This document shows positions 50,454 through 61,634 of a DNA stretch of 64,000 nucleotides, one piece after another. Positions within the stretch are counted from its first letter, which is position 1. Every line of letters starts with the position of its first letter. The DNA lies in assembly GCA_036172245.1 (NCBI GenBank), contig JAYWIR010000026.1:1-64000 (forward strand). The letters run 5' to 3'. The notes under the pieces were generated by a model. It was not told the DNA's origin. It ran no database searches and saw nothing but the letters and a program-made list of their open reading frames with translations. Position numbers and translations under genes: made by a program. This DNA is from Raillietiella orientalis. Taxonomy: Eukaryota.

Positions 50454-53400
50454 ATTTCAATCCATGCCTGCTAACAGGTGAGCCGGAAACACAAGTGAAC
50501 GCGATGAACGAGTTGTGCCCCGCCATGCGTGCGCGCAACTTGTTCGCGGGTGAGAGGGGAATGTTCCGCAGCATCGATTACGTCTTCCTCGACGCTGACC
50601 TGTGTTCACGGGTCGGCAAACGAGGGAGGGTTGGGTCAACGTTGTCGGACCATTTCCGGTTAATTTTCGAGATGCGTCCTCGCGACAAAGGACCGCCATT
50701 CAGGGACTGGCGTCCACCCGGGGACTGGACGCGACTCTGAGGTGCGAAGGAACACCTTCGCGAATACCTGGGAGGCGTCACGCTCCGGAATCTCCAAGAC
50801 TGGGACCTTTTTAAGGAATCGGTCCAGGAGTTCTGCGAGCAGTTCCCCCTTGACCGCCTATTCTCCGGATTCGGCGAGGATCCTCGCAACCATCGGGCCT
50901 ATTTACAGGCCCGTAGGTACGAGCGAACCCCTAATGTCCGTCGCTTGGCCGAGTATCGCGCCGGGGCCGAACGCCAAGCCTGGCAATCCAAGTCGGCCAG
51001 CAAGCTGGACGACCAGGGCCGGGAATGTTCGTCCCCGGCGTCGGTATGGCATCTCGTGCGGAGTTAGTATTCTTTCCTTTACGCCAAAGCGCCTCCGGAT
51101 GAAGATATCTCTCAACTCTCGCTTCCGGTTGGTGCCGCGGCAATAGCGGAATAGGAGTCGTTAAGCCTTGATGAGCCTTTTACCACCGGCGAAATTCTCG
51201 CCGGTATCAAAAGGCTCAAGAGGCGTAAAGCTCCAGGGGAAGACGGCTTGCCCGCGGAGTTCTATCAAAGCTTCGCGGAAGAGCTGGCACCCCTGCTGCT
51301 TCAGCTGACAAGGCTGATTTGAGACCAAGGCGATGTTCGCGCCTCGTTTCGGTCAGCCAGAGTAAAGCTCCTTCCGAAAGGGGGAGACCTTAGGAATTTG
51401 AACAGCTGGCGTCCGATCACGATTGTGAATACGGACGCCAAGTTGGTTGCCGGGATATGGGCTTCGCGTCTGGGTTAGGTGGCAGAATCCATAATTAGCC
51501 CGGAGCAGTCATATGCTGTTCCCGGGCGAAGTATGGATGCCAACCTCTTCTTCGCGAGCACATGGATACACGCGCAGAGGTGTCAAAAGGAAGGGAAAGG
51601 AAAAATCGGCTACCCCACTTTGGGGCCGCCAGCAGGGCAGGGAATGGACTCCCGGGCGGGGAAGGGGGCCTTAGCGCTCGCAGTCGATCTCCATAAGGCG
51701 TTCGACTGTGTTGACCAGGAGCTTTTGTTGGAGCTCCTGGGTCGCATGGGCTTCCCACCCTCCTTGAACAACTACCTGCGCTCCTGCTGGCGCCATGCGA
51801 TGATTTCCGTCTCTTTCAGCAGTCAGAAGGTGCATGGCGTGCCGGTGCGGCGGGGCATCAGGCAGGGAGATAGCCTGAGTCCCCTGCTCTTCAGCACCTA
51901 CTTTGAGTTGGTTCTGAGAGCCTACAGGGTGACTTTGGCCTCCTTGCCTAGCTCGTGTCCCGGCACGCCCGCAGTAGCAGCCTATGCCAACGACCTTCTG
52001 CTCCTGTTACCTATGTCCACCCCGGCGAAGGCGGTCGGAGACTTCTTCGATCTGCTCATCCGTGGGACCTTACTGCAGGTCAACAGGGCGAAATCGTCGG
52101 TGGGGCCAGTAGGTGCGGCGTGGGCAGGGCAGCAGGACTGGGTCCGTCTGGGGATCCCCACGGCGAGGTGCCTCAAGTACGTTGGTGTGCCATTGGGTGA
52201 CTACTCCCCTGCGGAAGCGTATTCCAGCTGTCTTGAAAAAGTTGAGACGGCGATCGGCCCGTTCCTGGAAGGCAAGTTTCACTTGCAGGAACGAGACGCC
52301 GTTTGGAACGCCTTCGCGGCCCCCATCCTCGGCTTCTTGCTTTTTGTTTGCGCCGCCCCCAGAGAATGCAAAAATAGGACAAAGGACCTCCTCCTCATAG
52401 CCCTTTGGGGCAAGGGGAGGCCCCGAGTCCCTCTGCAGGACTTGAGTTCTCCGCGTCGGGACGGCGGCCTTGGCCTCCTGACGCTGGAGCGCGTGGAAAT
52501 CCAGCTGCGGTGGCGAACCCTCGCCATCGCAGCGAAGATGTGGAACACCCCTTGGTGGGTTCCGGCCCGCCTCCTTGCCAATCGTGTGTCCCGATGCGAA
52601 GGACTCGAGTCGTTTCTTCTGTGTCCTGGCCGGAAGATCCGAAGATGCAGCCTTATGCTCGGACGCATAGCAACCCTGGCGAAGACGAACGGTTGGATGG
52701 TTTGTGGCCCCGTCAACTCCTCCGCCTGGTTAGAGCAGTCTGCTGGCACATGGGCTAAGCAGAACCGGAGAAGTGAAAACAATATGAACTGCCTGCAAAT
52801 CGGCCCATGCGCCAACCGCATCCTGCGGGAAATACTGGAATATCCCCGAAGTCGCAGGTAAGCGTTGACGACTCCCCTTGCTACGGCGATGCCCTACAGC
52901 CTGAGGGCGCTTCAGGATCGCCAGAAGCCGAGGTGGCAAGTCACCTACCAAATCGCAGGCAGGGAGAAGATTTTAAGCAGCTGGACCACAGGAGAACTGG
53001 CGGACGCCACGACCCCGAGCGTCCGACCGCATGGATTGATGAGATGGGGCGAGCTGCTCGCAATCCCTACGGATGTGCTGAAGTGGCCCCCGGTGCTGAA
53101 GGAATCCAGGATCCTGCCCTTTAAGTGGCAAGAGTCGGCGTTGCTACTGCTGCACTGGGGTTTACCCTGCAACGCACGCCGCTTCCACTAAACAAGGGGA
53201 GCTGTGGATCCTTAGTGTGTCAGGTGCGGAGAGCGGGAATCGCTCTCCCACCTTATTGTGGACTGTGCTGCCATCCGACCCCTCTGGGAACGGTTCGAGG
53301 CGACCCTCGGGCTCCCTACGGGCAGCACCCCCAGAGACGTTCTTCGGCCCCTCTTCGTGAAGGACGCACTGCAGCCAGCCGCAGCCATCGCAGCCTTGTG

Positions 53401-53798
53401 CTGTGTCCGTGGCATCGTGGCGGCATGGAGCGACGCCAATAACGAAGGAGTGGGTCCACACGCGAGGGATGTCATCCCATACTCCCAACGCTTCATGCGG
53501 AGAGCTGCCGGATGGACCCAACTGGGTAAATATACGGACGGACCTCGAGGGCTTCCTTCGACGGATGGGCCCTCCTCACAGCGTTTAGTGATCCCTTCCC
53601 TGCCTTCCAACTTCTTTTTGTCAGTTTATTTTTTATTTTTTTGTTGTTTTATTCCCATACCCCTTCGCTGCTGAGGAACGCTACGCTGGGCTGCGTTTTG
53701 GTGTCCTGGCAGGTCGAGTGTATATGGCCGTGAGCAAGGCCTTGTACCGCGGATGTAGAGTTTTAACAATAAACGCCCCGGGCGTACCCGGGTGTAAA
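50454..53798 (+). mobile_element. A-type LINE 3' half starting at the GDF|N target site (right flank of B1)
   Basis: FN..LLTGEPETQVNAMNEL, IDYVFLD, SDH, RT motifs (YAND variant), finger; ends AATAAACGCCCCGGGCGTACCCGGGTGTAAA. Confidence 0.9.
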
Positions 53799-56105
53799 CC
53801 TCCTAGGCCAGATGAAGGACGTGTTTTTCTTTCCTTCTCAAAGAGTAGTAGGAAAGCGTTTTTCTTGTGTGTTGTGCTTTGTGTACATCGTCGGTGTCCA
53901 ATGGCTATGACGCCCGAGGACATCGCGATGGAGGTAGGCGTGGAGGAGGCTAGTTCGCCTCTACACCCTACTTGAGCAGGGGCAGCCGCCCCGGAATCAT
54001 CGCCGGCCACGCCGTGGACATGGAGCGCCATGGTGGCCGCGCACAGAGCGGAAGCCATGGCGGAGATGGACGCATACAAGGCCTCCGGGTACAAGTTATC
54101 GCTTTTCTACCAGGTAGGGAACTTGTTTGACAGCAGAAATGCACGCGCATTTAGCAAAGCGCTGCAGGAGGCGAATATATTAGAAAGGGATCTTAAAGGC
54201 CTCTCCGTCCTCAGCGGCGGGAAGCGGGTCGAGGTGGTGTGTACAGACGTCACCTTGGCTCACCGCCTGATTCATGCTCCGCTAAACGTGGACGGCCACA
54301 AGATCCTGCCTATGTCAATGGACCGCTCCGTCGTGGTCCACGTGACCGGCATTAGCAGCCGCATGACTCGATCTGCGGTCGGAGAAGAACTACGAAAGTT
54401 CGGGGAGGTGCACGCACTGTGGCCCAAACCCACCATTTTTGACGGCTACGGTAGCCTTTTTGATGGTCAGGCTGCAGCGCGGTCCACCGACAAAGAGAAT
54501 TGTTGACTGCCCCACAAACTGAAGGTCACGCAAGAAAGCGTCGACCTTTGGTACGCGTGGAAACCATGATACTGCGGATACTGTGATGCCGTGGTACACC
54601 TCCGTAAGAGGTGTCCTAGCATCCAGTGCCACCTGTGCGGGGAGAAGGGCCACGTTAGGCGTGTGTGCCCCAAGCGCCCCTCTCCAGTTCCCCCTGCCGC
54701 CAAAAAAGCGCAGGGGAAACGTGCCTTGAAGGTCGCAAGACCTAATGCGCAAAGTGTCCAGCAGAAGCTGCCAGCACCTCAACTTCCGGCGCAAAACCCG
54801 AAGGATAAACCTTCCGAAGTAATGGAAGGGGAAGAGGTCTGGCAACTTGTTGCTGCCAGAAAAGCCAAGAAAGGCCCATCCGCGGAGCAGAAAGAGCGCT
54901 AGCCGGCAGGTAAGCCGGAAAATCCCGGTCCGCGCTCGAAAACTCTGCGCGAGTGTACGGTGACACTGGAACGAATCGTGTTCCCGTGGCTGCAAACCGG
55001 GGCGACGAGCCTTCCCTCGCCGTTTCCGCCGCGCTCGAGATTCGCGACGGCGAACCCTCTGTTTACACAGAGAGTGAGCCACGCGACATAGCGGCGGGCG
55101 AAGCCGCGGACGCCGCGTTCGCGCAGGCGGCGGAGGAGCTCGCGGTCACGCTGGCCGAGCGTGAGAACCCCTCGCGCAAGGCCGTGAAAAGGCCGGCTCC
55201 GCGGAAGAAGGCCCCCATAGGTGAGTTAGACCTGGGGGCCGGAAGTACATCCTCCCCCTCGGAGGCACCACTCCAGGAAGTCGGAACGCAAGTCTTAGAA
55301 GCCGAGGAGGCGCCTCCCCTCCACCAGCGAGGAGGAGAAGACGGAAGCCGTCGCCAACGTGGGAATTCCCACGCTCGGAAGCCGTCGATCCGGCCACCCC
55401 CATGGAGGAGGGTGAACAGGAAGTGAAGTCCCCCCTGCAGGCGCCGACCCTGAACAGCCCGCCTCCATGGAGGAGGACGAACAGGTAGGCGCGACCCCAC
55501 CTGTGGGTGACCCGCTCGACGCTCCGTTACCTATGGAGGAGAGGGACCAGGTGCCTTCAGCAACCGACCCTCCTCCTCCACATAGCGTCCCGCCCCAGCA
55601 GGTGGCGGACGCCACATTGCCACCTTCTCAGGAGTGACACCTGGGCTCGCCAGTCACCGTCGGATTCGCGCCGCCTGTTGGAATGTCAACGGGCTGCGCG
55701 CCGACGGTAACAGGCGAGATACAGCCGACACCCTGCGGGAGTTCGACCTGGCCCTGTTGCAGGAGATCCATGCGATCAACGCGGCGGACGTCCAGGAGAT
55801 CGAGACGATCGCAGGGGGTCGGCTGTACTGGCAATGCGGCATCCGCTACACCTGCGGGGTCGCTTTCTTCGTGAAGCCGGCCATCGACGCTGCCGTGAAG
55901 GGCGTGCGCTCTGATGAGGACGGTCGGGTCGGTCAGCTGATTCTCGGCTGGTCCGACTCGATCGATCTGATCGTCACGAATGTGTACGCCCCAAACGGTC
56001 AAAATGGATACAGCCACCGTAGCAGGTTGCTTGAATCTCTAAAGCGCGACTGGCTTGCGAACACGAACGTGCGGAAGGCTCACCTGATAGCGGGAGATTT
56101 CGATC
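53799..56105 (+). mobile_element. Family A copy A2, 5' half (ORF1 53901-55637 disrupted; APE to GDF)
   Basis: GGACGTGTTTTT at 53817; MAMTPEDIAMEVGV; CGYCDAVVHLRKRC, CHLCGEKGHVRRVC; CWNVNGL..LQEIH..NVYAP..HLIAGDF. Confidence 0.9.
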
Positions 56106-57950
56106 GAGTGCGGACGTGTTTTTCTTCGCTCTCGTCTCCGTGCTTTCATCCGCTTCATCTTCGCGTCGTACATTTTGACGACGATGTCGATCCAACTTGA
56201 AGCTACTGAAGTTGGAGGAACAGCATCCGGATCTGCAATCGCGGAACTGACGGCCGCCTCCACTTCGTCTTTCTCGCCAATGGAGAGATTTGCTGACGTT
56301 CCTGCCACAGCAGCCGTCAAAGGGAAACCACTCGACGAGTCGGAGTTGCGGGCATACGTAGCCCAAGGCTATAGACCTGCTCTCCGATATAAGGTGAGTG
56401 GCTTTCTTTCTGCTTGCGACGGAAATCAGTTCAACGATGAACTGACCCGTGTTGGCGTGCGGGAGGATGACCTTCTCGCCATTATGCCCGTAAAAGACAT
56501 GGGCTATTTCAAGGTGCGTTGCAAAGACGCTGCACTTGTGCAACGCTTGCTGCGCACCCCGTTGTCGATCCGTGGCCAGAAGGAATTCCCGGCCGCCATG
56601 GACGACTCATTTGTGGCGGAGATTTTCGACATCGAGTCGGAAATCTCCGATATTGATATTCGGAACGCGTTGGCGAAATTCGCCACGGTCCATGCGCTGT
56701 GGAGGATGCGTAGCAACCCCAAGGACTTCCCGTCCATACACAGCGGAGTCGCTGGAGTCCGGCTTACCATGCCGGACCGCCGTCTGCTGCCCACCAAGCT
56801 ACAGGTGAAAGACACGGTCGTTCACCTGTGGTTCGTGGGCAAAGTAAGAACGTGCGAGCAACGCGGGAAGGAGGGGCATTGTTTGGATAAATGTTCCTCT
56901 GGAAAATGCCGTTATTGCAAACTATCCGGGCACCAATTAAAAAATTGCCCGGATCTTTTGCGAAAAAAGGCAGCCGCGGAGCTCCATTTTAAAAAACAAA
57001 GCGCGGATAAAAAGAAAAAATTTGTGAAAAACCTGGAGACCCCACGTCAGAAATTCCGAAAAATCCCGAGGCGGAATGTCGCTCCAAAGCAGCAGCAAAC
57101 CTCGCACGCGAAGCTTTGCGCGCCCCCTCTCGCAGCAGGGGAGCCGCAAAAGAAAGGGTGCGGGGAATCCGGGGCAATGGTCAGTCCCCCTAGGCGCAAT
57201 AGCTGTCCTTCCCAAGCACGCCCGGCTCTTTCGGAGTTCGAGCAACCGGCGGGGACGTCAATGGACAACGGCGGTAAGGACACTTCCTGTACCGTCAGAT
57301 CCATCCCTTCACCTCCTGCAGTGGCTGAGAAGCCCAAATCGGGTAAGAAAGGTTGTGCCGTTTCGACTTCGAAAGTCAGCAAAAAAAAATCCGCGTCGCG
57401 ATCCAACACCGCGAAAGCGGAGAAAAATCCCACGCAGTCGCAATCGGAGAACAAGCTCTCGACTGGCGCGGATGCCATGCCAACGAAGGGATTAAAAGCC
57501 CTTCCGAAGGCAGCGTCCATGACGAGCGTGTCGAAGCCATCCAAAGTGCTCCCGTCCAAAGACGCGGATGGCTTCAACGATGGCAATGGAGCACAATCTC
57601 CATTTACGGCGCCACGAGAATTGAGGAACCGTAATGAAGTAAAGAAGACTCCAGCAAAGGTCCCTCGTGCAACTGCGCGTGAGCACGCTGAAAACGCGCG
57701 CGCCGGGAAAGCAGCCGTCACCAAAAGCGATGCTCTGGTGACGGAAAACGAAAACAGGACAGCTGTTAATCCAGCAGAACCTGTCACTGCTTCGCGGAAG
57801 GCCGAAACCCGATCGAACATGCGCCGGTCGGACTCCGAAATGGATGCCGTTCCGATCACCGAGACGAGAACAACTCGCTCGAAAGCGTGTGCGCGCCGAT
57901 CAAAAGTAGGCAGCCAGGCAACTGTAGCCGCGAAGCCACGCGAAGTCTCC
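56106..57950 (+). mobile_element. Family B copy B3: 5' UTR and almost complete ORF1 (ATG at 56184)
   Basis: Same 5' start as B1 and B2; frame is open to ..AKPREVS, where it is cut. Confidence 0.9.
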
Positions 57951-60900
57951 GACGATCGATGTCGACCCAACCCGAAGCTACTGAAGTTGCAGAAACAGCA
58001 TCCGGATCTGCAATCGCGGAACCGACGGCCGCTTCTACTTCGTCTTGCTCGCCAATTGCGAGAAGTTTTGCTGACGTTGCTGCCGCGGCAGCCGTCAAAG
58101 AAGTACCGCCCAACGAGGCGGAGGTGCACGCCTACGTAGCCCAGGGCTACAATTCCGCACTCCGCTACCAGGTCAGTGAATTTCTTTCTGTTCGCGACGG
58201 TAATCAGTTCAACGATGAACTGACTCGTGTTGGCGTGCGTTAGGAATACCTTCTCGCCATTATGTCCATCAAAATCTTGGGATATTTCAAAGTGCGCTGC
58301 AAAGACGCGGCTGTTGTGCAACGCTTGCTGCGCACTCCTTTGTCCATCCGTGGTAAGAAGGTCTTCCCGTCTACCATGGATGAGTCGTTCGTGGCGGAGC
58401 TTTACGGCATCGAACCGGAAACTTGCGACCGCGAATTCAGGACTGTGTTAGCAAAATTCGCCACAGTTCATGCTTTGTGGAATGTTGGAAGCAGCCTTAA
58501 GGACTTTCCATCTATTGTCAGCGGTAGTGCCGCGGTTCGACTAACCATGCCGGACCGCCGGCTTCTACCCTCTAGGCTGCAGGTGAACGACACGGTCGTT
58601 CACCTGTGGCATGCAGGCAAGCCTCGAGTATACAAGGGATGCGGCGAAGAGGTACATTATCCACAAAAGTGCCCTTCTGGTAAATGCCGCTATTGCAAGC
58701 AATCCGGGCACAACTTGAAGAAATGCCCGGACCTTGCTAGAAAAAAGGAAGCCGCAAAGCATCAACGCGCGAAATACGTCGCGAAAACGACAAACGCGCC
58801 AGAGGAAAAACAGTGCGCACGGGCTTAGTCTCGTTCCGATGCGAAGCGAAATGCCGGACAACAGCAGGGGTCCTCAACGTTGAAGCCCCTCGCGTCCCAC
58901 TCAGCGGCAGGGAAGCTGCAAAAGAAACGGCGCGGGAACTCAAAGGACGACTCCAGAGCTCGTGTCAACGATCGCGGAACCGCGGTTTCAACCCAGGGCA
59001 ATACGAAGACCAAGGGAAAAGAACCTCTAAACGGCGATCGTGGTCAAGTGGAAAATAAACATTTCACAACCTTGCCCCCTTAAGGGCCGAAGAAGCCCAA
59101 TGGCCAAAAAAGGAAGGAGGCCTTCGTTCCGGATTCGGAAACCGGAAAAAATAATCCCGCGCCTCGCGACTGCACCCCGTCAGCGGAGAAACGCTCTCCG
59201 CGCGCACGATCGGAGAGCAAACTCCCGACTGACAGGGATGCGACCCCGACGGAGAAGTCAACGCCGGTCGAGCACGCAGCGCCGCTGACGGCCGAGGAGT
59301 TAACCTCAGGGGTTCTCGCGGCGCAACAGATCGCCTCCGAATACGGCGAGAGCGAGTGGACGATGGTGGAGAGGAGCGGTAAGAAAAAAGCTTGTAAAAA
59401 CGCTCCACAGCATCCGTCGAAAGCTCTCCTGAAGGCGAGGAACTCTCGAGTGATAAAAAAGACTCGCGCGAAAGTTCCTCGTGCAATATCGCGCTCTGAT
59501 GCTGACATCGCGGGAGCTGTAAAAACAGCCTCCGAAAAAAGCGACGCAACATTACCGAAGAGCGCAACAACGATCGCTGTCCAACGAAAAAACACCAGTA
59601 GCTCTTCGCGTGACGCGAAGAGCGAGTCACGCGAACGCCATACGGACTCCGCATCGGAGAACGACCCGATTTCCGAACGTCGGGTAACTCGTTCGGAAAC
59701 GGAGCGGCGTCGCGCAAAAGCCGGCAGGCGGGAGACTCCCGCCGCGAAGCAGCTTGAGTTCCCCCCAAAATCCGAGAAGGAGAAACATGGGGTGGGCACC
59801 TGAACTGCATGCAGCACGACGGAGGACGGTGGCGACCGTCCCCTCCAGCCGGTCGTGCTGCTCGCCGTCCGCTCGCCGGATAAGAGCGAGCAAAAAGCCG
59901 CCGCCTTCCCAGCAGTAATGCGGGGAATCGCATTCTCTCGTCGTCTGTCCGTTGCGTCCTGGAACGTGAACGGACTGCACAACGACGAGAAGAGGTGGTT
60001 AGTAGCCAACGCCCTGCGCGCCTTCGACCTCGTGCTCCTGCAGGGAATTCACGTAATCTCCGACGAGCAGGCAGCCGAAATCGAGGAGCGCGCAGGCGGA
60101 ACACTACATTGGCGGTGTGACGACGCCCACACGTGCGGCGTCGCGTTCCCCGTTAAAGGGAAAAATGACGGGAGCGGTGCATAATGTTCGTTTCGACGAC
60201 GAAAGTCGGGTAGGCCAGCTTGTCATCAAGTGGTCCGAGCCCACCGATCTCGTCGTTACCAACGTCTACGCGCCGAGTGGCTCTCGCTACCTCGAAAAAA
60301 GAGTAGCTTTCTTTGGTGAGGTGCAGAGCCACTGGCTGAACAACTGCGGCTTCCAAGTGGCGCACCTCGTCGCTGACACTTCAACGTCCGCCTGCTCTCC
60401 GAAGATTGGAGCCGCCCAAGGGAGCGCGCGCTGCCCATCGAGATGTGCGCGTCGTTGCACGCCGCCAACTTGATGGTCAGCGAACCTGGAATGGAAAGAT
60501 CGCTCGATCATGTTTTCCTTGATGAACACCTGCATTCGCGTGTGGGTAGGAGAGGAAGATTGTTGACTAGGCTTTCTGAAAACCACAGGTTGGAGTTTGA
60601 GATCCTTCCGCCAGGCAAGAAGCCTCCGTTGCAAAACTGGAGGATGCAGGTGGATTGGCTTAGCCATCAGGAGGCTGCAGAGCATCTCCGTGAACACCTC
60701 CGAAGCTTCGCCATTCAAGAACACGCGGACTGGGACGATCTCAAAAGATCTGTCCGCGAGTTCTGCTGCCAATTCCCCTTGCACCGGCTTCCACGCGGTT
60801 TCGGAGAGGGCGTGGCCAACAGTAGAGACTTTCTGCAGGCCCGCACGTTTTCGACACGCGCGGATGTCGGGCGTCTCGCGGAGTACAAGGCGAGGGCCGA

Positions 60901-61634
60901 GCGCCAGGTCTGGCAGTCCGGAGCAGCATGCCTGTTGGACGACAAGGGCCAGGAATGTTCGGCCCCAGCCGAAATACGCCGCATTGTAAGATGCTACTTC
61001 TCGTCGCTGTACGTGGAAACCCCGACGGAGGATATCCTCTCAAAGATAGTCCTGCCGCAGGATGCTCCTGTCGTCGGCGAGCAGAAACGCCAACGTCTCA
61101 ACGAGCCCTTCAAGGCGGATGAATTCTCGTCCGTCATTGCTAGGCTGAAGAGACGAAAGCCGCCAGGCGAGGATATACTCCCTGCAGAGTTTGATCAGTG
61201 CTTTTCAGTGAAGCTCATCCCCTTGATGCTGAGACTCGCGTCGCTGATGAGGGAATTTGGGAAAGTCCTGGATTCCTTCCGCTCAGCAAAGGTGCGTCTC
61301 CTGCCGAAACGCGGAGACTCGCGCCAACTTAACAAATAGCGTCCGATCACCTTGCTGAACTCAAAAATTAAGTTGTTCTGCAGGCTGTGGGTCCCGCGAT
61401 TACGAAGTATCGCGGAATCTGTGGTGAGCCTGGAACAAACCTACGCGGTTCCCGGGCGATTCAAGGAGGCAAACATCCTTTTCGCGCGTACCTAAATGCA
61501 GCCGCAGGGAGTCGTGGCAGAGCAAAGCCTGGCTAAGGCAAAAGTCGCAGTCCCAGGCAAGAACCACAGCCGTCGAAGGCACCACGGAACGCCAGGTGCC
61601 TTGATATCGCAGTCGACCGCCACAAGGCGTTCGA
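57951..61634 (+). mobile_element. Diverged B subfamily copy (B'): ORF1 (ATG at 57959), APE and RT up to KAFD
   Basis: MSTQPEATEV.., CRYCKQSGHNLKKC, TAATG at 59916-59920, APE/RT motifs, ends AVDRHKAFD. Confidence 0.88.

Noticed and set aside
57047..58321. Long antisense ORFs (also 59064-60104, 43968-44873 and many others)
   Set aside because: Shadow frames of GC-rich ORF1/ORF2 sequence with no recognisable motifs.
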